Of a DNA stretch of 64,000 nucleotides, positions 1 through 15,000 are shown in pieces (positions within the stretch are counted from its first letter, which is position 1; each line of letters begins with the position of its first letter). The translations under genes were made by a program, and so were the position numbers. Source of the DNA: Eledone cirrhosa (taxonomy: Eukaryota); the NCBI GenBank assembly GCA_964016885.1, contig OZ024744.1, forward strand, positions 78,678,001 through 78,742,000. The letters run 5' to 3'. Below the pieces are notes generated by a model, which saw nothing but the letters and a program-made list of their open reading frames with translations, ran no database searches and was not told the origin of the DNA.

Positions 1-3000
1 TGTTAGTTTGAGAGTTGCTCTTGGCAGGATGTTATCTGTGTAGCTGGTTCATGAGGTTTGGTAGTGAGAGAGTTGCTCTTGGCAGGATGTTATCTGTGTA
101 GTTGGTTCATGAGGTTGTTTGTTTGAGAGTTGCTCTTGGCAGCATGTTATCTGTGTAGTTGGTTAATGAGGTTGGTAGTGAGAGAGTTCCCTCTTGGCAG
201 GATGTTATCTGTGTAACTGGTTCATAATGTTGTTAGTGAGAGAGTTGCTCTTGGCAGGATGTTATCTGTGTAGTTGGTTCATGAGGTTGTTAGTTTGAGA
301 GTTGCTTTTGGCAGGATGTTATCTGTGTAGTTGGTTCATGAGGTTGTTAGTGAGAGAGTTGCTCTTGGCAGGATGTTATCTGTGTAGTTGGTTCATGAGG
401 TTGTTAGTTTGAGAGTTGCTCTTGGCAGGATGTTATCTGTGTAGTTGGTTCATGAGGTTGTTAGTTTGAGAGTTGCTTTTGGCAGGATGTTATCTGTGTA
501 GTTGGTTCATGAGGTTGTTAGTGAGAGAGTTGCTCTTGGCAGGATGTTATCTGTGTAGTTGGTTCATGAGGTTGTTAGTTTGAGAGTTGCTCTTGGCAGG
601 ATGTTATCTGTGTAGTTGGTTCATGAGGTTGTTAGTTTGAGAGTTGCTTTTGGCAGGATGTTATCTGTGTAGTTGGTTCATGAGGTTGTTAGTTTGAGAG
701 TTGCTCTTGGCAGGATGTTATCTGTGTAGTTGGTTCATGAGGTTGTTAGTTTGAGAGTTGCTTTTGGCAGGATGTTATCTGTGTAGTTGGTTCATGAGGT
801 TGTTAGTGAGAGAGTTGCTCTTGGCAGGATGTTATCTGTGTAGTTGGTTCATGAGGTTGTTAGTTTGAGAGTTGCTCTTGGCAGGATGTTATCTGTGTAG
901 CTGGTTCATGAGGTTGTTAGTTTGAGAGTTGCTCTTGGCAGGATGTTATCTGTGTAACTGGTTCATGAGGTTGTTAGTTTGAGAGTTGCTCTTGGCAGGA
1001 TGTTATCTGTGTAGTTGGTTCATGAGGTTGTTAGTTTGAGAGTTGCCTCTTGGCAGGATGTTATCTGTGTAGCTGGTTCATGAGGTTGTTAGTTTGAGAG
1101 TTGCTCTTGGCAGGATGTTATCTGTGTAACTGGTTCATGAGGTTGCTAGTGAGAGAGTTGCTCTTGGCAGGATGTTATCTGTGTAGTTGGTTCATGAGGT
1201 TGTTAGTTTGAGAGTTGCTCTTGGCAGGATGTTATCTGTGTAGTTGGTTCATGAGGTTGTTAGTTTGAGAGTTGCTCTTGGCAGGATGTTATCTGTGTAG
1301 TTGGTTAATGAGGTTGTTAGTTTGAGAGTTGCCACTTGGCAGGATGTTATCTGTGTAGTTGGTTCATGAGGTTGTTAGTTTGAGAGTTGCCTCTTGGCGG
1401 GATGTTATCTGTGTAACTGGTTCATGAGGTTGTTAGTTTGAGAGTTGCTCTTGGCAGGATGTTATCTGTGTAGCTGGTTCATGAGGTTGTTAGTTTGAGA
1501 GTTGCTCTTGGCAGCATGTTATCTGTGTAGTTGGTTCATGAGGTTGTTAGTTTGAGAGTTGCTCTTGGCAGGATGTTATCTGTGTAGCTGGTTCATGAGG
1601 TTGTTAGTTTGAGAGTTGCTCTTGGCAGGATGTTATCTGTGTAGTTGGTTCATGAGGTTGTTAGTGTGAGAGTTGCTCTTGGCAGGATGTTATCTGTGTA
1701 GTTGGTTCATGAGGTTGTTAGTTTGAGAGTTGCTCTTGGCAGGATGTTATCTGTGTAGTTGGTTCATGAGGTTGTTAGTTTGAGAGTTGCTCTTGGCAGG
1801 ATGTTATCTGTGTAACTGGTTCATGAGGTTGTTAGTGAGAGAGTTGCCTCTTGGCAGCATGTTATCTGTGTAGTTGGTTCATGAGGTTGTTAGTGAGAGA
1901 GTTGCTCTTGGCAGGATGTTATCTGTGTAGTTGGTTCATGAGGTTGTTAGTTTGAGAGTTGCTCTTGGCAGGATGTTATCTGTGTAGTTGGTTCATGAGA
2001 TTGTTAGTTTGAGAGTTGCTCTTGGCAGGATGTTATCTGTGTAGTTGGTTCATGAGGTTGTTAGTTTGAGAGTTGCTCTTGGCAGGATGTTATCTGTGTA
2101 GTTGGTTCATGAGGTTGTTAGTTTGAGAGTTGCTCTTGGCATGGTGTTATCTGTGTAGTTGGTTCATGAGGTTGGTAGTGAGAGAGTTGCTCTTGGCAGC
2201 ATGTTATCTGTGTAGTTGGTTCATGAGGTTGGTAGTGAGAGAGTTGCTCTTGGCAGCATGTTATCTGTGTAGTTGGTTCATGAGGTTGTTAGTTTGAGAG
2301 TTGCTCTTGGCAGGATGTTATCTGTGTAGCTGGTTCATGAGGTTGGTAGTGAGAGAGTTGCTCTTGGCAGGATGTTATCTGTGTAGTTGGTTCATGAGGT
2401 TGTTTGTTTGAGAGTTGCTCTTGGCAGCATGTTATCTGTGTAGTTGGTTAATGAGGTTGTTAGTTTGAGAGTTGCTCTTTGCAGGATGTTATCTGTGTAG
2501 TTGGTTCATGAGGTTGTTAGTTTGAGAGTTGCTCTTGGCAGGATGTTATCTGTGTAGTTGGTTCATGAGGTTGTTAGTTTGAGAGTTGCTCTTGGCAGGA
2601 TGTTATCTGTGTAGTTGGTTAATGAGGTTGTTAGTTTGAGAGTTGCTCTTGGCAGGATGTTATCTGTGTAGTTGGTTAATGATGTTGTTAGTTTGAGAGT
2701 TGCTCTTGGCAGGATGTTATCTGTGTAGTTGGTTCATGAGGTTGTTAGTTTGAGAGTTGCTCTTGGCAGCATGTTATCTGTGTAGTTGGTTAATGATGTT
2801 GTTAGTTTGAGAGTTGCTCTTGGCAGGATGTTATCTGTGTAGTTGGTTCATGAGGTTGTTAGTTTGAGAGTTGCTCTTGGCAGCATGTTATCTGTGTAGT
2901 TGGTTCATGAGGTTGTTAGTTTGAGAGTTGCTCTTGGCAGGATGTTATCTGTGTAGCTGGTTCATGAGGTTGTTAGTGAGAGAGTTGCCTCTTGGCAGGA

Positions 3001-6000
3001 TGTTATCTGTGTAGCTGGTTCATGAGGTTGTTAGTTTGAGAGTTGCCTCTTGGCAGGATGTTATCTGTGTAGTTGGTTCATGAGGTTGTTAGTTTGAGAG
3101 TTGCTCTTGGCAGGATGTTATCTGTGTAGTTGGTTAATGAGGTTGTTAGTTTGAGAGTTGCCACTTGGCAGGATGTTATCTGTGTAGTTGGTTCATGAGG
3201 TTGTTAGTTTGAGAGTTGCCTCTTGGCGGGATGTTATCTGTGTAACTGGTTCATGAGGTTGTTAGTTTGAGAGTTGCTCTTGGCAGGATGTTATCTGTGT
3301 AGCTGGTTCATGAGGTTGTTAGTTTGAGAGTTGCTCTTGGCAGCATGTTATCTGTGTAGTTGGTTCATGAGGTTGTTAGTTTGAGAGTTGCTCTTGGCAG
3401 GATGTTATCTGTGTAGTTGGTTCATGAGGTTGTTAGTTTCAGAGTTGCTCTTGGCAGGATGTTATCTGTGTAGTTGGTTCATGAGGTTGTTAGTTTGAGA
3501 GTTGCTCTTGGCAGGATGTTATCTGTGTAGTTGGTTCATGAGGTTGTTAGTTTGAGAGTTGCTCTTGGCAGGATGTTATCTGTGTAGTTGGTTCATGAGG
3601 TTGTTAGTTTGAGAGTTGCTCTTGGCAGGATGTTATCTGTGTAACTGGTTCATGAGGTTGTTAGTGAGAGAGTTGCCTCTTGGCAGCATGTTATCTGTGT
3701 AGTTGGTTCATGAGGTTGTTAGTGAGAGAGTTGCTCTTGGCAGGATGTTATCTGTGTAGTTGGTTCATGAGGTTGTTAGTTTGAGAGTTGCTCTTGGCAG
3801 GATGTTATCTGTGTAGTTGGTTCATGAGATTGTTAGTTTGAGAGTTGCTCTTGGCAGGATGTTATCTGTGTAGTTGGTTCATGAGGTTGTTAGTTTGAGA
3901 GTTGCTCTTGGCAGGATGTTATCTGTGTAGTTGGTTCATGAGGTTGTTAGTTTGAGAGTTGCTCTTGGCATGGTGTTATCTGTGTAGTTGGTTCATGAGG
4001 TTGGTAGTGAGAGAGTTGCTCTTGGCAGCATGTTATCTGTGTAGTTGGTTCATGAGGTTGGTAGTGAGAGAGTTGCTCTTGGCAGCATGTTATCTGTGTA
4101 GTTGGTTCATGAGGTTGTTAGTTTGAGAGTTGCTCTTGGCAGGATGTTATCTGTGTAGCTGGTTCATGAGGTTTGGTAGTGAGAGAGTTGCTCTTGGCAG
4201 GATGTTATCTGTGTAGTTGGTTCATGAGGTTGTTTGTTTGAGAGTTGCTCTTGGCAGCATGTTATCTGTGTAGTTGGTTAATGAGGTTGTTAGTTTGAGA
4301 GTTGCTCTTTGCAGGATGTTATCTGTGTAGTTGGTTCATGAGGTTGTTAGTTTGAGAGTTGCTCTTGGCAGGATGTTATCTGTGTAGTTGGTTCATGAGG
4401 TTGTTAGTTTGAGAGTTGCTCTTGGCAGGATGTTATCTGTGTAGTTGGTTAATGAGGTTGTTAGTTTGAGAGTTGCTCTTGGCAGGATGTTATCTGTGTA
4501 GTTGGTTAATGATGTTGTTAGTTTGAGAGTTGCTCTTGGCAGGATGTTATCTGTGTAGTTGGTTCATGAGGTTGTTAGTTTGAGAGTTGCTCTTGGCAGC
4601 ATGTTATCTGTGTAGTTGGTTAATGATGTTGTTAGTTTGAGAGTTGCTCTTGGCAGGATGTTATCTGTGTAGTTGGTTCATGAGGTTGTTAGTTTGAGAG
4701 TTGCTCTTGGCAGCATGTTATCTGTGTAGTTGGTTCATGAGGTTGTTAGTTTGAGAGTTGCTCTTGGCAGGATGTTATCTGTGTAGCTGGTTCATGAGGT
4801 TGTTAGTGAGAGAGTTGCCTCTTGGCAGGATGTTATCTGTGTAGCTGGTTCATGAGGTTGTTAGTTTGAGAGTTGCCTCTTGGCAGGATGTTATCTGTGT
4901 AGTTGGTTCATGAGGTTGTTAGTTTGAGAGTTGCTCTTGGCAGGATGTTATCTGTGTAGTTGGTTCATGAGGTTGTTAGTTTGAGAGTTGCTCTTGGCAG
5001 GATGTTATCTGTGTAGTTGGTTCATGAGGTTGTTAGTTTGAGAGTTGCCTCTTGGCAGGATGTTATCTGTGTAGTTGGTTCATGAGGTTGTTAGTGAGAG
5101 AGTTGCTCTTGGCAGGATGTTATCTGTGTAGTTGGTTCATGAGGTTGTTAGTGAGAGAGTTGCTCTTGGCAGGATGTTATCTGTGTAGTTGGTTCATGAG
5201 GTTGCTAGTGAGAGAGTTGCTCTTGGCAGGATGTTATCTGTGTAGTTGGTTCATGAGGTTGTTAGTTTGAGAGTTGCCTCTTGGCAGGATGTTATCTGTG
5301 TAGTTGGTTCATGAGGTTGTTAGTGAGAGAGTTGCTCTTGGCAGGATGTTATCTGTGTAGTTGGTTCATGAGGTTGTTAGTGAGAGAGTTGCTCTTGGCA
5401 GGATGTTATCTGTGTAGTTGGTTCATGAGGTTGCTAGTGAGAGAGTTGCTCTTGGCAGGATGTTATCTGTGTAGTTGGTTCATGAGGTTGTTAGTTTGAG
5501 AGTTGCCTCTTGGCAGGATGTTATCTGTGTAGTTGCTTCATGAGATTGTTAGTTTGAGAGTTGCTCTTGGCAGGATGTTATCTGTGTAGTTGGTTCATGA
5601 GGTTGCTAGTGAGAGAGTTGCTCTTGGCAGGATGTTATCTGTGTAGTTGGTTCATGAGGTTGTTAGTTTGAGAGTTGCCTCTTGGCAGGATGTTATCTGT
5701 GTAGTTGGTTCATGAGGTTGTTAGTGAGAGAGTTGCTCTTGGCAGGATGTTATCTGTGTAGTTGGTTCATGAGGTTGTTAGTTTGAGAGTTGCCTCTTGG
5801 CAGGATGTTATCTGTGTAGTTGGTTCATGAGGTTGTTAGTTTGAGAGTTGCTCTTGGCAGGATGTTATCTGTGTAACTGGTTCATGAGGTTGTTAGTGAG
5901 AGAGTTGCCTCTTGGCAGCATGTTATCTGTGTAGTTGGTTCATGAGGTTGTTAGTGAGAGAGTTGCTCTTGGCAGGATGTTATCTGTGTAGTTGGTTCAT

Positions 6001-9000
6001 GAGGTTGTTAGTGAGAGAGTTGCGCTTGGCAGGATGTTATCTGTGTAGTTGGTTCATGAGGTTATTAGTTTGAGAGTTGCTCTTGGCAGGATGTTATCTG
6101 TGTAGTTGGTTAATGAGGTTGTTAGTTTGAGAGTTGCCTCTTGGCAGGATGTTATCTGTGTAGTTGGTTAATGAGGTTGTTAGTTTGAGAGTTGCTCTTG
6201 GCAGGATGTTATCTGTGTAGTTGGTACATGAGGTTGGTAGTTTGAGAGTTGCCTCTTGGCAGGATGTTATCTGTGTAGTTGGTTCATGAGGTTGTTAGTT
6301 TGAGAGTTGCCTCTTGGCAGGATGTTATCTGTGTAACTGGTTCATGAGGTTGTTAGTTTGAGAGTTGCTCTTGGCAGGATGTTATCTGTGTAGTTGGTTC
6401 ATGAGGTTGTTAGTTTGAGAGTTGCTCTTGGCAGGATGTTATCTGTGTAGTTGGTTAATGAGGTTGTTAGTTTGAGAGTTGCCACTTGGCAGGATGTTAT
6501 CTGTGTAGTTGGTTCATGAGGTTGTTAGTTTGAGAGTTGCCTCTTGGCAGGATGTTATCTGTGTAACTGGTTCATGAGGTTGTTAGTTTGAGAGTTGCTC
6601 TTGGCAGGATGTTATCTGTGTAGTTGGTTCATGAGGTTGTTAGTGAGAGAGTTGCTCTTGGCAGGATGTTATCTGTGTAGTTGGTTCATGAGGTTGTTAG
6701 TTTGAGAGTTGCTCTTGGCAGGATGTTATCTGTGTAGCTGGTTCATGAGGTTGTTAGTTTGAGAGTTGCTCTTGGCAGGATGTTATCTGTGTAACTGGTT
6801 CATGAGGTTGTTAGTTTGAGAGTTGCTCTTGGCAGGATGTTATCTGTGTAACTGGTTCATGAGGTTGTTAGTTTGAGAGTTGCTCTTGGCAGGATGTTAT
6901 CTGTGTAGTTGGTTCATGAGGTTGTTAGTGAGAGAGTTGCTCTTGGCAGGATGTTATCTGTGTAGTTGGTTCATGAGGTTGGTAGTGAGAGAGTTGCCAC
7001 TTGGCAGGATGTTATCTGTGTAGTTGGTTCATGAGGTTGTTAGTTTGAGAGTTGCTCTTGGCAGGATGTTATCTGTGTAGTTGGTTCATGAGGTTGGCAG
7101 TGAGAGAGTTGCCACTTGGCAGGATGTTATCTGTGTAGTTGGTTCATGAGGTTGTTAGTTTGAGAGTTGCTCTTGGCAGGATGTTATCTGTGTAGCTGGT
7201 TCATGAGGTTGTTAGTTTGAGAGTTGCTCTTGGCAGGATGTTATCTGTGTAGCTGGTTCATGAGGTTGTTAGTTTGAGAGTTGCTCTTGGCAGGATGTTA
7301 TCTGTGTAGTTGGTTCATGAGGTTGTTAGTTTGAGAGTTGCTCTTGGCAGGATGTTATCTGTGTAGTTGGTTCATGAGGTTGTTAGTGAGAGAGTTGCTC
7401 TTGGCAGGATGTTATCTGTGTAGCTGGTTCACGAGGTTGTTAGTTTGAGAGTTGCTCTTGGCAGGATGTTATCTGTGTAGTTGGTTCATGAGGTTGTTAG
7501 TTTGAGAGTTGCTCTTGGCACGATGTTATCTGTGTAACTGGTTCATGAGGTTGTTAGTGAGAGAGTTGCTCTTGGCAGGATGTTATCTGTGTAGCTGGTT
7601 CATGAGGCCATTAGTGAGAGAGTTGTTCTTGGCATGGTGTTATCTGTGTAGTTGGTTCATGAGGTTGTTAGTTTGAGAGTTGCTCTTGGCAGGATGTTAT
7701 CTGTGTAGTTGGTTCATGAGGTTGTTAGTTTGAGAGTTGCTCTTGGCAGGATGTTATCTGTGTAGTTGGTTCATGAGGTTGTTAGTTTGAGAGTTGCTCT
7801 TGGCAGGATGTTATCTGTGTAACTGGTTCATGAGGTTGTTAGTGAGAGATTTGCCTTTTGGCAGCATGTTATCTGTGTAGTTGGTTCATGAGGTTGTTAG
7901 TGAGAGAGTTGCTCTTGGCAGGATGTTATCTGTGTAGTTGGTTCATGAATTTGTTAGTTTGAGAGTTGCTCTTGGCAGGATGTTATCTGTGTAGTTGGTT
8001 CATGAGATTGTTAGTGAGAGAGTTGCTCTTGGCAGGATGTTATCTGTGTAGTTGGTTCATGAGGTTGTTAGTTTGAGAGTTGCTCTTGGCAGGATGTTAT
8101 CTGTGTAGTTGGTTCATGAGGTTGTTTGTTTGAGAGTTGCTCTTGGCAGCATGTTATCTGTGTAGTTGGTTAATGAGGTTGTTAGTTTGAGAGTTGCTCT
8201 TGGCAGGATGTTATCTGTGTAGTTGGTTCATGAGGTTGTTAGTTTGAGAGTTGCTCTTGGCAGGATGTTATCTGTGTAGTTGGTTCATGAGATTGTTAGT
8301 TTGAGAGTTGCTCTTGGCAGGATGTTATCTGTGTAGTTGGTTCATGAGGTTGTTAGTTTGAGAGTTGCTCTTGGCAGGATGTTATTTGTGTAGTTGGTTC
8401 ATGAGGTTGTTAGTTTGAGAGTTGCTCTTGGCAGGATGTTATCTGTGTAGTTGGTTCATGAGGTTGTTAGTTTGAGAGTTGCCTCTTGGCAGGATGTTAT
8501 CTGTGTAATTGGTTCATGAGGTTGTTAGTGAGAGAGTTGCTCTTGGCAGGATGTTATCTGTGTAGCTGGTTCATGAGGTTGTTAGTTTGAGAGTTGCTCT
8601 TGGCAGGATGTTATCTGTGTAGTTGGTTCATGAGGTTGTTAGTGAGAGAGTTGCTCTTGGCAGGATGTTATCTGTGTAGTTGGTTCATGAGGTTGTTAGT
8701 GAGAGAGTTGCTCTTGGCAGGATGTTATCTGTGTAGTTGGTTCATGAGGTTGCTAGTGAGAGAGTTGCTCTTGGCAGGATGTTATCTGTGTAGTTGGTTC
8801 ATGAGGTTGTTAGTTTGAGAGTTGCCTCTTGGCAGGATGTTATCTGTGTAGTTGGTTCATGAGATTGTTAGTTTGAGAGTTGCTCTTGGCAGGATGTTAT
8901 CTGTGTAGTTGGTTAATGAGGTTGCTAGTGAGAGAGTTGCTCTTGGCAGGATGTTATCTGTGTAGTTGGTTCATGAGGTTGTTAGTTTGAGAGTTGCCTC

Positions 9001-12000
9001 TTGGCAGGATGTTATCTGTGTAGTTGGTTCATGAGGTTGTTAGTGAGAGAGTTGCTCTTGGCAGGATGTTATCTGTGTAGTTGGTTCATGAGGTTGTTAG
9101 TTTGAGAGTTGCCACTTGGCAGGATGTTATCTGTGTAGTTGGTTCATGAGGTTGTTAGTGAGAGAGTTGCTCTTGGCAGGATGTTATCTGTGTAGTTGGT
9201 TCATGAGGTTGCTAGTGAGAGAGTTGCTCTTGGCAGGATGTTATCTGTGTAGTTGGTTCATGAGGTTGTTAGTTTGAGAGTTGTCTCTTGGCAGGATGTT
9301 ATCTGTGTAGCTGGTTCATGAGGTTGTTAGTGAGAGAGTTGCTCTTGGCAGGATGTTATCTGTGTAGTTGGTTCATGAGGTTGTTAGTTTGAGAGTTGCT
9401 CTTGGCAGGATGTTATCTGTGTAACTGGTTCATGAAGTTGTTAGTTTGAGAGTTGCCTCTTGGCAGGTTGTTATCTGTGTAGTTGGTTAATGAGGTTGTT
9501 AGTTTGAGAGTTGCTCTTGGCAGGATGTTATCTGTGTAGTTGGTTCATGAGGTTGTTAGTTTGAGAGTTGCCTCTTGGCAGGATGTTATCTGTGTAGTTG
9601 GTTCATGAGGTTGTTAGTTTGAGAGTTGCTCTTGGCAGGATGTTATCTGTGTAGTTGGTTCATGAGGTTGTTAGTTTGAGAGTTGCCACTTGGCAGGATG
9701 TTATCTGTGTAGTTGGTTCATGAGGTTGTTAGTTTGAGAGTTGCTCTTGGCAGGATGTTATCTGTGTAGTTGGTTCATGAGGTTGTTAGTGAGAGAGTTG
9801 CTCTTGGCAGCATGTTATCTGTGTAGTTGGTTCATGAGGTTGTTAGTTTGAGAGTTGCTCTTGGCAGGAAGTTATCTGTGTAGTTGGTTCATGAAGTTGT
9901 TAGTTTGAGAGTTGCTCTTGGCAGGATGTTATCTGTGTAGTTGGTTCATGAGGTTGTTAGTGAGAGAGTTGCTCTTGGCAGGGTGTTATCTGTGTAGTTG
10001 GTTCATGAGGTTGGTAGTGAGAGAGTTGCTCTTGGCAGGATGTTATCTGTGTAGTTGGTTCATGAGGTTGTTAGTTTGAGAGTTGCCTCTTGGCAGGAAG
10101 TTATCTGTGTAACTGGTTCATGAGGTTGTTAGTGAGAGAGTTGCTTTTGGCAGGATGTTATCTGTGTAGTTGGTTCATGAGGTTGTTAGTTTGAGAGTTG
10201 CTCTTGGCAGGATGTTATCTGTGTAGTTGGTTCATGAGGCTGTTAGTTTGAGAGTTGCCTCTTGGCAGGATGTTATCTGTGTAGTTGGTTCATGAGGTTG
10301 CTAGTGAGAGAGTTGCTCTTGGCAGGATGTTATCTGTGTAGTTGGTTCATGAGGTTGTTAGTTTGAGAGTTGCCTCTTGGCAGGATGTTATCTGTGTAGT
10401 TGGTTCATGAGGTTGCTAGTGAGAGAGTTGCTCTTGGCAGGATGTTATCTGTGTAGTTGGTTCATGAGGTTGCTAGTGAGAGAGTTGCTCTTGGCATGGT
10501 GTTATCTGTGTAGTTGGTTCATGAGGTTGTTAGTTTGAGAGTTGCCTCTTGGCAGGATGTTATCTGTGTAGTTGGTTCATGAGGTTGTTAGTTTGAGAGT
10601 TGCTCTTGGCAGGATGTTATCTGTGTAGTTGGTTCATGAGGTTGTTAGTTTGAGAGTTGCCACTTGGCAGGATGTTATCTGTGTAGTTGGTTCATGAGGT
10701 TGTTAGTTTGAGAGTTGCTCTTGGCAGGATGTTATCTGTGTAGTTGGTTCATGAGGTTGTTAGTGAGAGAGTTGCTCTTGGCAGCATGTTATCTGTGTAG
10801 TTGGTTCATGAGGTTGTTAGTTTGAGAGTTGCTCTTGGCAGGAAGTTATCTGTGTAGTTGGTTCATGAAGTTGTTAGTTTGAGAGTTGCTCTTGGCAGGA
10901 TGTTATCTGTGTAGTTGGTTCATGAGGTTGTTAGTGAGAGAGTTGCTCTTGGCAGGGTGTTATCTGTGTAGTTGGTTCATGAGGTTGGTAGTGAGAGAGT
11001 TGCTCTTGGCAGGATGTTATCTGTGTAGTTGGTTCATGAGGTTGTTAGTTTGAGAGTTGCCTCTTGGCAGGAAGTTATCTGTGTAACTGGTTCATGAGGT
11101 TGTTAGTGAGAGAGTTGCTTTTGGCAGGATGTTATCTGTGTAGTTGGTTCATGAGGTTGTTAGTTTGAGAGTTGCTCTTGGCAGGATGTTATCTGTGTAG
11201 TTGGTTCATGAGGCTGTTAGTTTGAGAGTTGCCTCTTGGCAGGATGTTATCTGTGTAGTTGGTTCATGAGGTTGCTAGTGAGAGAGTTGCTCTTGGCAGG
11301 ATGTTATCTGTGTAGTTGGTTCATGAGGTTGTTAGTTTGAGAGTTGCCTCTTGGCAGGATGTTATCTGTGTAGTTGGTTCATGAGGTTGCTAGTGAGAGA
11401 GTTGCTCTTGGCAGGATGTTATCTGTGTAGTTGGTTCATGAGGTTGCTAGTGAGAGAGTTGCTCTTGGCATGGTGTTATCTGTGTAGTTGGTTCATGAGG
11501 TTGGTAGTGAGAGAGTTGCCTCTTGGCAGGATGTTATCTGTGTAACTGGTTCATAAGGTTGTTAGTGAGAGAGTTGCTTTTGGCAGGATGTTATCTGTGT
11601 AGTTGGTTCATGAGGTTGTTAGTGAGAGAGTTGCTCTTGGCAGGATGTTATCTGTGTAGCTGGTTCATGAGGTTGTTAGTTTGAGAGTTGCTCTTGGCAG
11701 GATGTTATCTGTGTAACTGGTTCATGAGGTTGCTAGTGAGAGAGTTGCTCTTGGCAGGATGTTATCTGTGTAGTTGGTTCATGAGGTTGTTAGTTTGAGA
11801 GTTGCTCTTGGCAGGATTTATCTGTGTAGCTGGTTCATGAGGTTGTTAGTTTGAGAGTTGCTCTTGGCAGGATGTTATCTGTGTAACTGGTTCATGAGGT
11901 TGCTAGTGAGAGAGTTGCCACTTGGCAGGATGTTATCTGTGTAGTTGGTTCATGAGGTTGTTAGTTTGAGAGTTGCCTCTTGGCAGGATGTTATCTGTGT

Positions 12001-15000
12001 AGCTGGTTCATGAGGTTGTTAGTTTGAGAGTTGCTCTTGGCAGGATGTTATCTGTGTAACTGGTTCATGAGGTTGCTAGTGAGAGAGTTGCTCTTGGCAG
12101 GATGTTATCTGTGTAGTTGGTTCATGAGGTTGTTAGTTTGAGAGTTGCTCTTGGGAGGATGTTATCTGTGTAGTTGGTTCATGAGGTTGTTAGTTTGAGA
12201 GTTGCTCTTGGCAGGATGTTATCTGTGTAGTTGGTTAATGAGGTTGTTAGTTTGAGAGTTGCCACTTGGCAGGATGTTATCTGTGTAGTTGGTTCATGAG
12301 GTTGTTAGTTTGAGAGTTGCTCTTGGCAGGATGTTATCTGTGTAGTTGGTTCATGAGGTTGCTAGTGAGAGAGTTGCTCTTGGCAGGATGTTATCTGTGT
12401 AACTGGTTCATGAGGTTGTTAGTTTGAGAGTTGCTCTTGGCAGGATGTTATCTGTGTAGCTGGTTCATGAGGTTGTTAGTTTGAGAGTTGCTCTTGGCAG
12501 GATGTTATCTGTGTAGTTGGTTCATGAGGTTGTTAGTTTGAGAGTTGCTCTTGGCAGGATGTTATCTGTGTAGTTGGTTAATGAGGTTGTTAGTTTGAGA
12601 GTTGCCACTTGGCAGGATGTTATCTGTGTAGTTGGTTCATGAGGTTGTTAGTTTGAGAGTTGCTCTTGGCAGGATGTTATCTGTGTAGTTGGTTAATGAG
12701 GTTGTTAGTTTGAGAGTTGCCACTTGGCAGGATGTTATCTGTGTAGTTGGTTCATGAGGTTGCTAGTTTGAGAGTTGCTCTTGGCAGGATGTTATCTGTG
12801 TAGCTGGTTCATGAGGTTGTTAGTTTGAGAGTTGCTCTTGGCAGGATGTTATCTGTGTAGTTGGTTCATGAGGTTGTTAGTTTGAGAGTTGCTCTTGGCA
12901 GGATGTTATCTGTGTAGTTGGTTCATGAGGTTGTCAATTTGAGAGTTGCTCTTGGCAGGATGTTATCTGTGTAGTTGGTTCATGAGGTTGTTAGTTTGAG
13001 AGTTGCTCTTGGCAGGATGTTATCTGTGTAACTGGTTCATGAGGTTGTTAGTGAGAGAGTTGCCTCTTGGCAGCATGTTATCTGTGTAGTTGGTTCATGA
13101 GGTTGTTAGTGAGAGAGTTGCTCTTGGCAGGATGTTATCTGTGTAGTTGGTTCATGAGGTTGTTAGTTTGAGAGTTGCTCTTGGCAGGATGTTATCTGTG
13201 TAGTTGGTTCATGAGTTGTTAGTTTGAGAGTTGCTCTTGGCAGGATGTTATCTGTGTAGTTGGTTCATGAGGTTGTTAGTTTGAGAGTTGCTCTTGGCAG
13301 GATGTTATCTGTGTAGTTGGTTCATGAGGTTGTTAGTTTGAGAGTTGCTCTTGGCATGGTGTTATCTGTGTAGTTGGTTCATGAGGTTGGTAGTGAGAGA
13401 GTTGCTCTTGGCAGCATGTTATCTGTGTAGTTGGTTCATAAGGTTGGTAGTGAGAGAGTTGCTCTTGGCAGCATGTTATCTGTGTAGTTGGTTCATGAGG
13501 TTGTTAGTTTGAGAGTTGCTCTTGGCAGGATGTTATCTGTGTAGTTGGTTCATGAGGTTGTTTGTTTGAGAGTTGCTCTTGGCAGCATGTTATCTGTGTA
13601 GTTGGTTAATGAGGTTGTTAGTTTGAGAGTTGCTCTTGGCAGGATGTTATCTGTGTAGTTGGTTCATGAGGTTGTTAGTTTGAGAGTTGCTCTTGGCAGG
13701 ATGTTATCTGTGTAGTTGGTTCATGAGGTTGTTAGTTTGAGAGTTGCTCTTGGCAGGATGTTATCTGTGTAGTTGGTTAATGAGGTTGTTAGTTTGAGAG
13801 TTGCTCTTGGCAGGATGTTATCTGTGTAGTTGGTTCATGAGATTGTTAGTTTGAGAGTTGCTCTTGGCAGGATGTTATCTGTGTAGCTGGTTCATGAGGT
13901 TGTTAGTGAGAGAGTTGCCTCTTGGCAGGATGTTATCTGTGTAGCTGGTTCATGAGGTTGTTAGTTTGAGAGTTGCCTCTTGGCAGGATGTTATCTGTGT
14001 AGTTGGTTCATGAGGTTGTTAGTTTGAGAGTTGCTCTTGGCAGGATGTTATCTGTGTAGTTGGTTCATGAGGTTGTTAGTTTGAGAGTTGCTCTTGACAG
14101 GATGTTATCTGTGTAGCTGGTTCATGAGGTTGTTAGTGAGAGAGTTGCCTCTTGGCAGGATGTTATCTGTGTAGTTGGTTCATGAGGTTGTTAGTGAGAG
14201 AGTTGCCTCTTGGCAGGATGTTATCTGTGTAGTTGGTTCATGAGGTTGTTAGTTTGAGAGTTGCCTCTTGGCAGGATGTTATCTGTGTAGTTGGTTCATG
14301 AGGTTGTTAGTTTGAGAGTTGCTCTTGGCAGGATGTTATCTGTGTAGCTGGTTCATGAGGTTGTTAGTGAGAGAGTTGCCTCTTGGCAGGATGTTATCTG
14401 TGTAGTTGGTTCATGAGGTTGTTAGTTTGAGAGTTGCTCTTGGCAGCATGTTATCTGTGTAGTTGGTTCATGAGGTTGTTAGTTTGAGAGTTGCTCTTGG
14501 CAGGATGTTATCTGTGTAGCTGGTTCATGAGGTTGTTAGTGAGAGAGTTGCCTCTTGGCAGGATGTTATCTGTGTAGCTGGTTCATGAGGTTGTTAGTTT
14601 GAGAGTTGCCTCTTGGCAGGATGTTATCTGTGTAGTTGGTTCATGAGGTTGTTAGTTTGAGAGTTGCTCTTGGCAGGATGTTATCTGTGTAGTTGGTTCA
14701 TGAGGTTGTTAGTTTGAGAGTTGCTCTTGGCAGGATGTTATCTGTGTAGTTGGTTCATGAGGTTGTTAGTTTGAGAGTTGCCTCTTGGCAGGATGTTATC
14801 TGTGTAATTGGTTCATGAGGTTGTTAGTGAGAGAGTTGCTCTTGGCAGGATGTTATCTGTGTAGCTGGTTCATGAGGTTGTTAGTTTGAGAGTTGCTCTT
14901 GGCAGGATGTTATCTGTGTAGTTGGTTCATGAGGTTGTTAGTGAGAGAGTTGCTCTTGGCAGGATGTTATCTGTGTAGTTGGTTCATGAGGTTGTTAGTT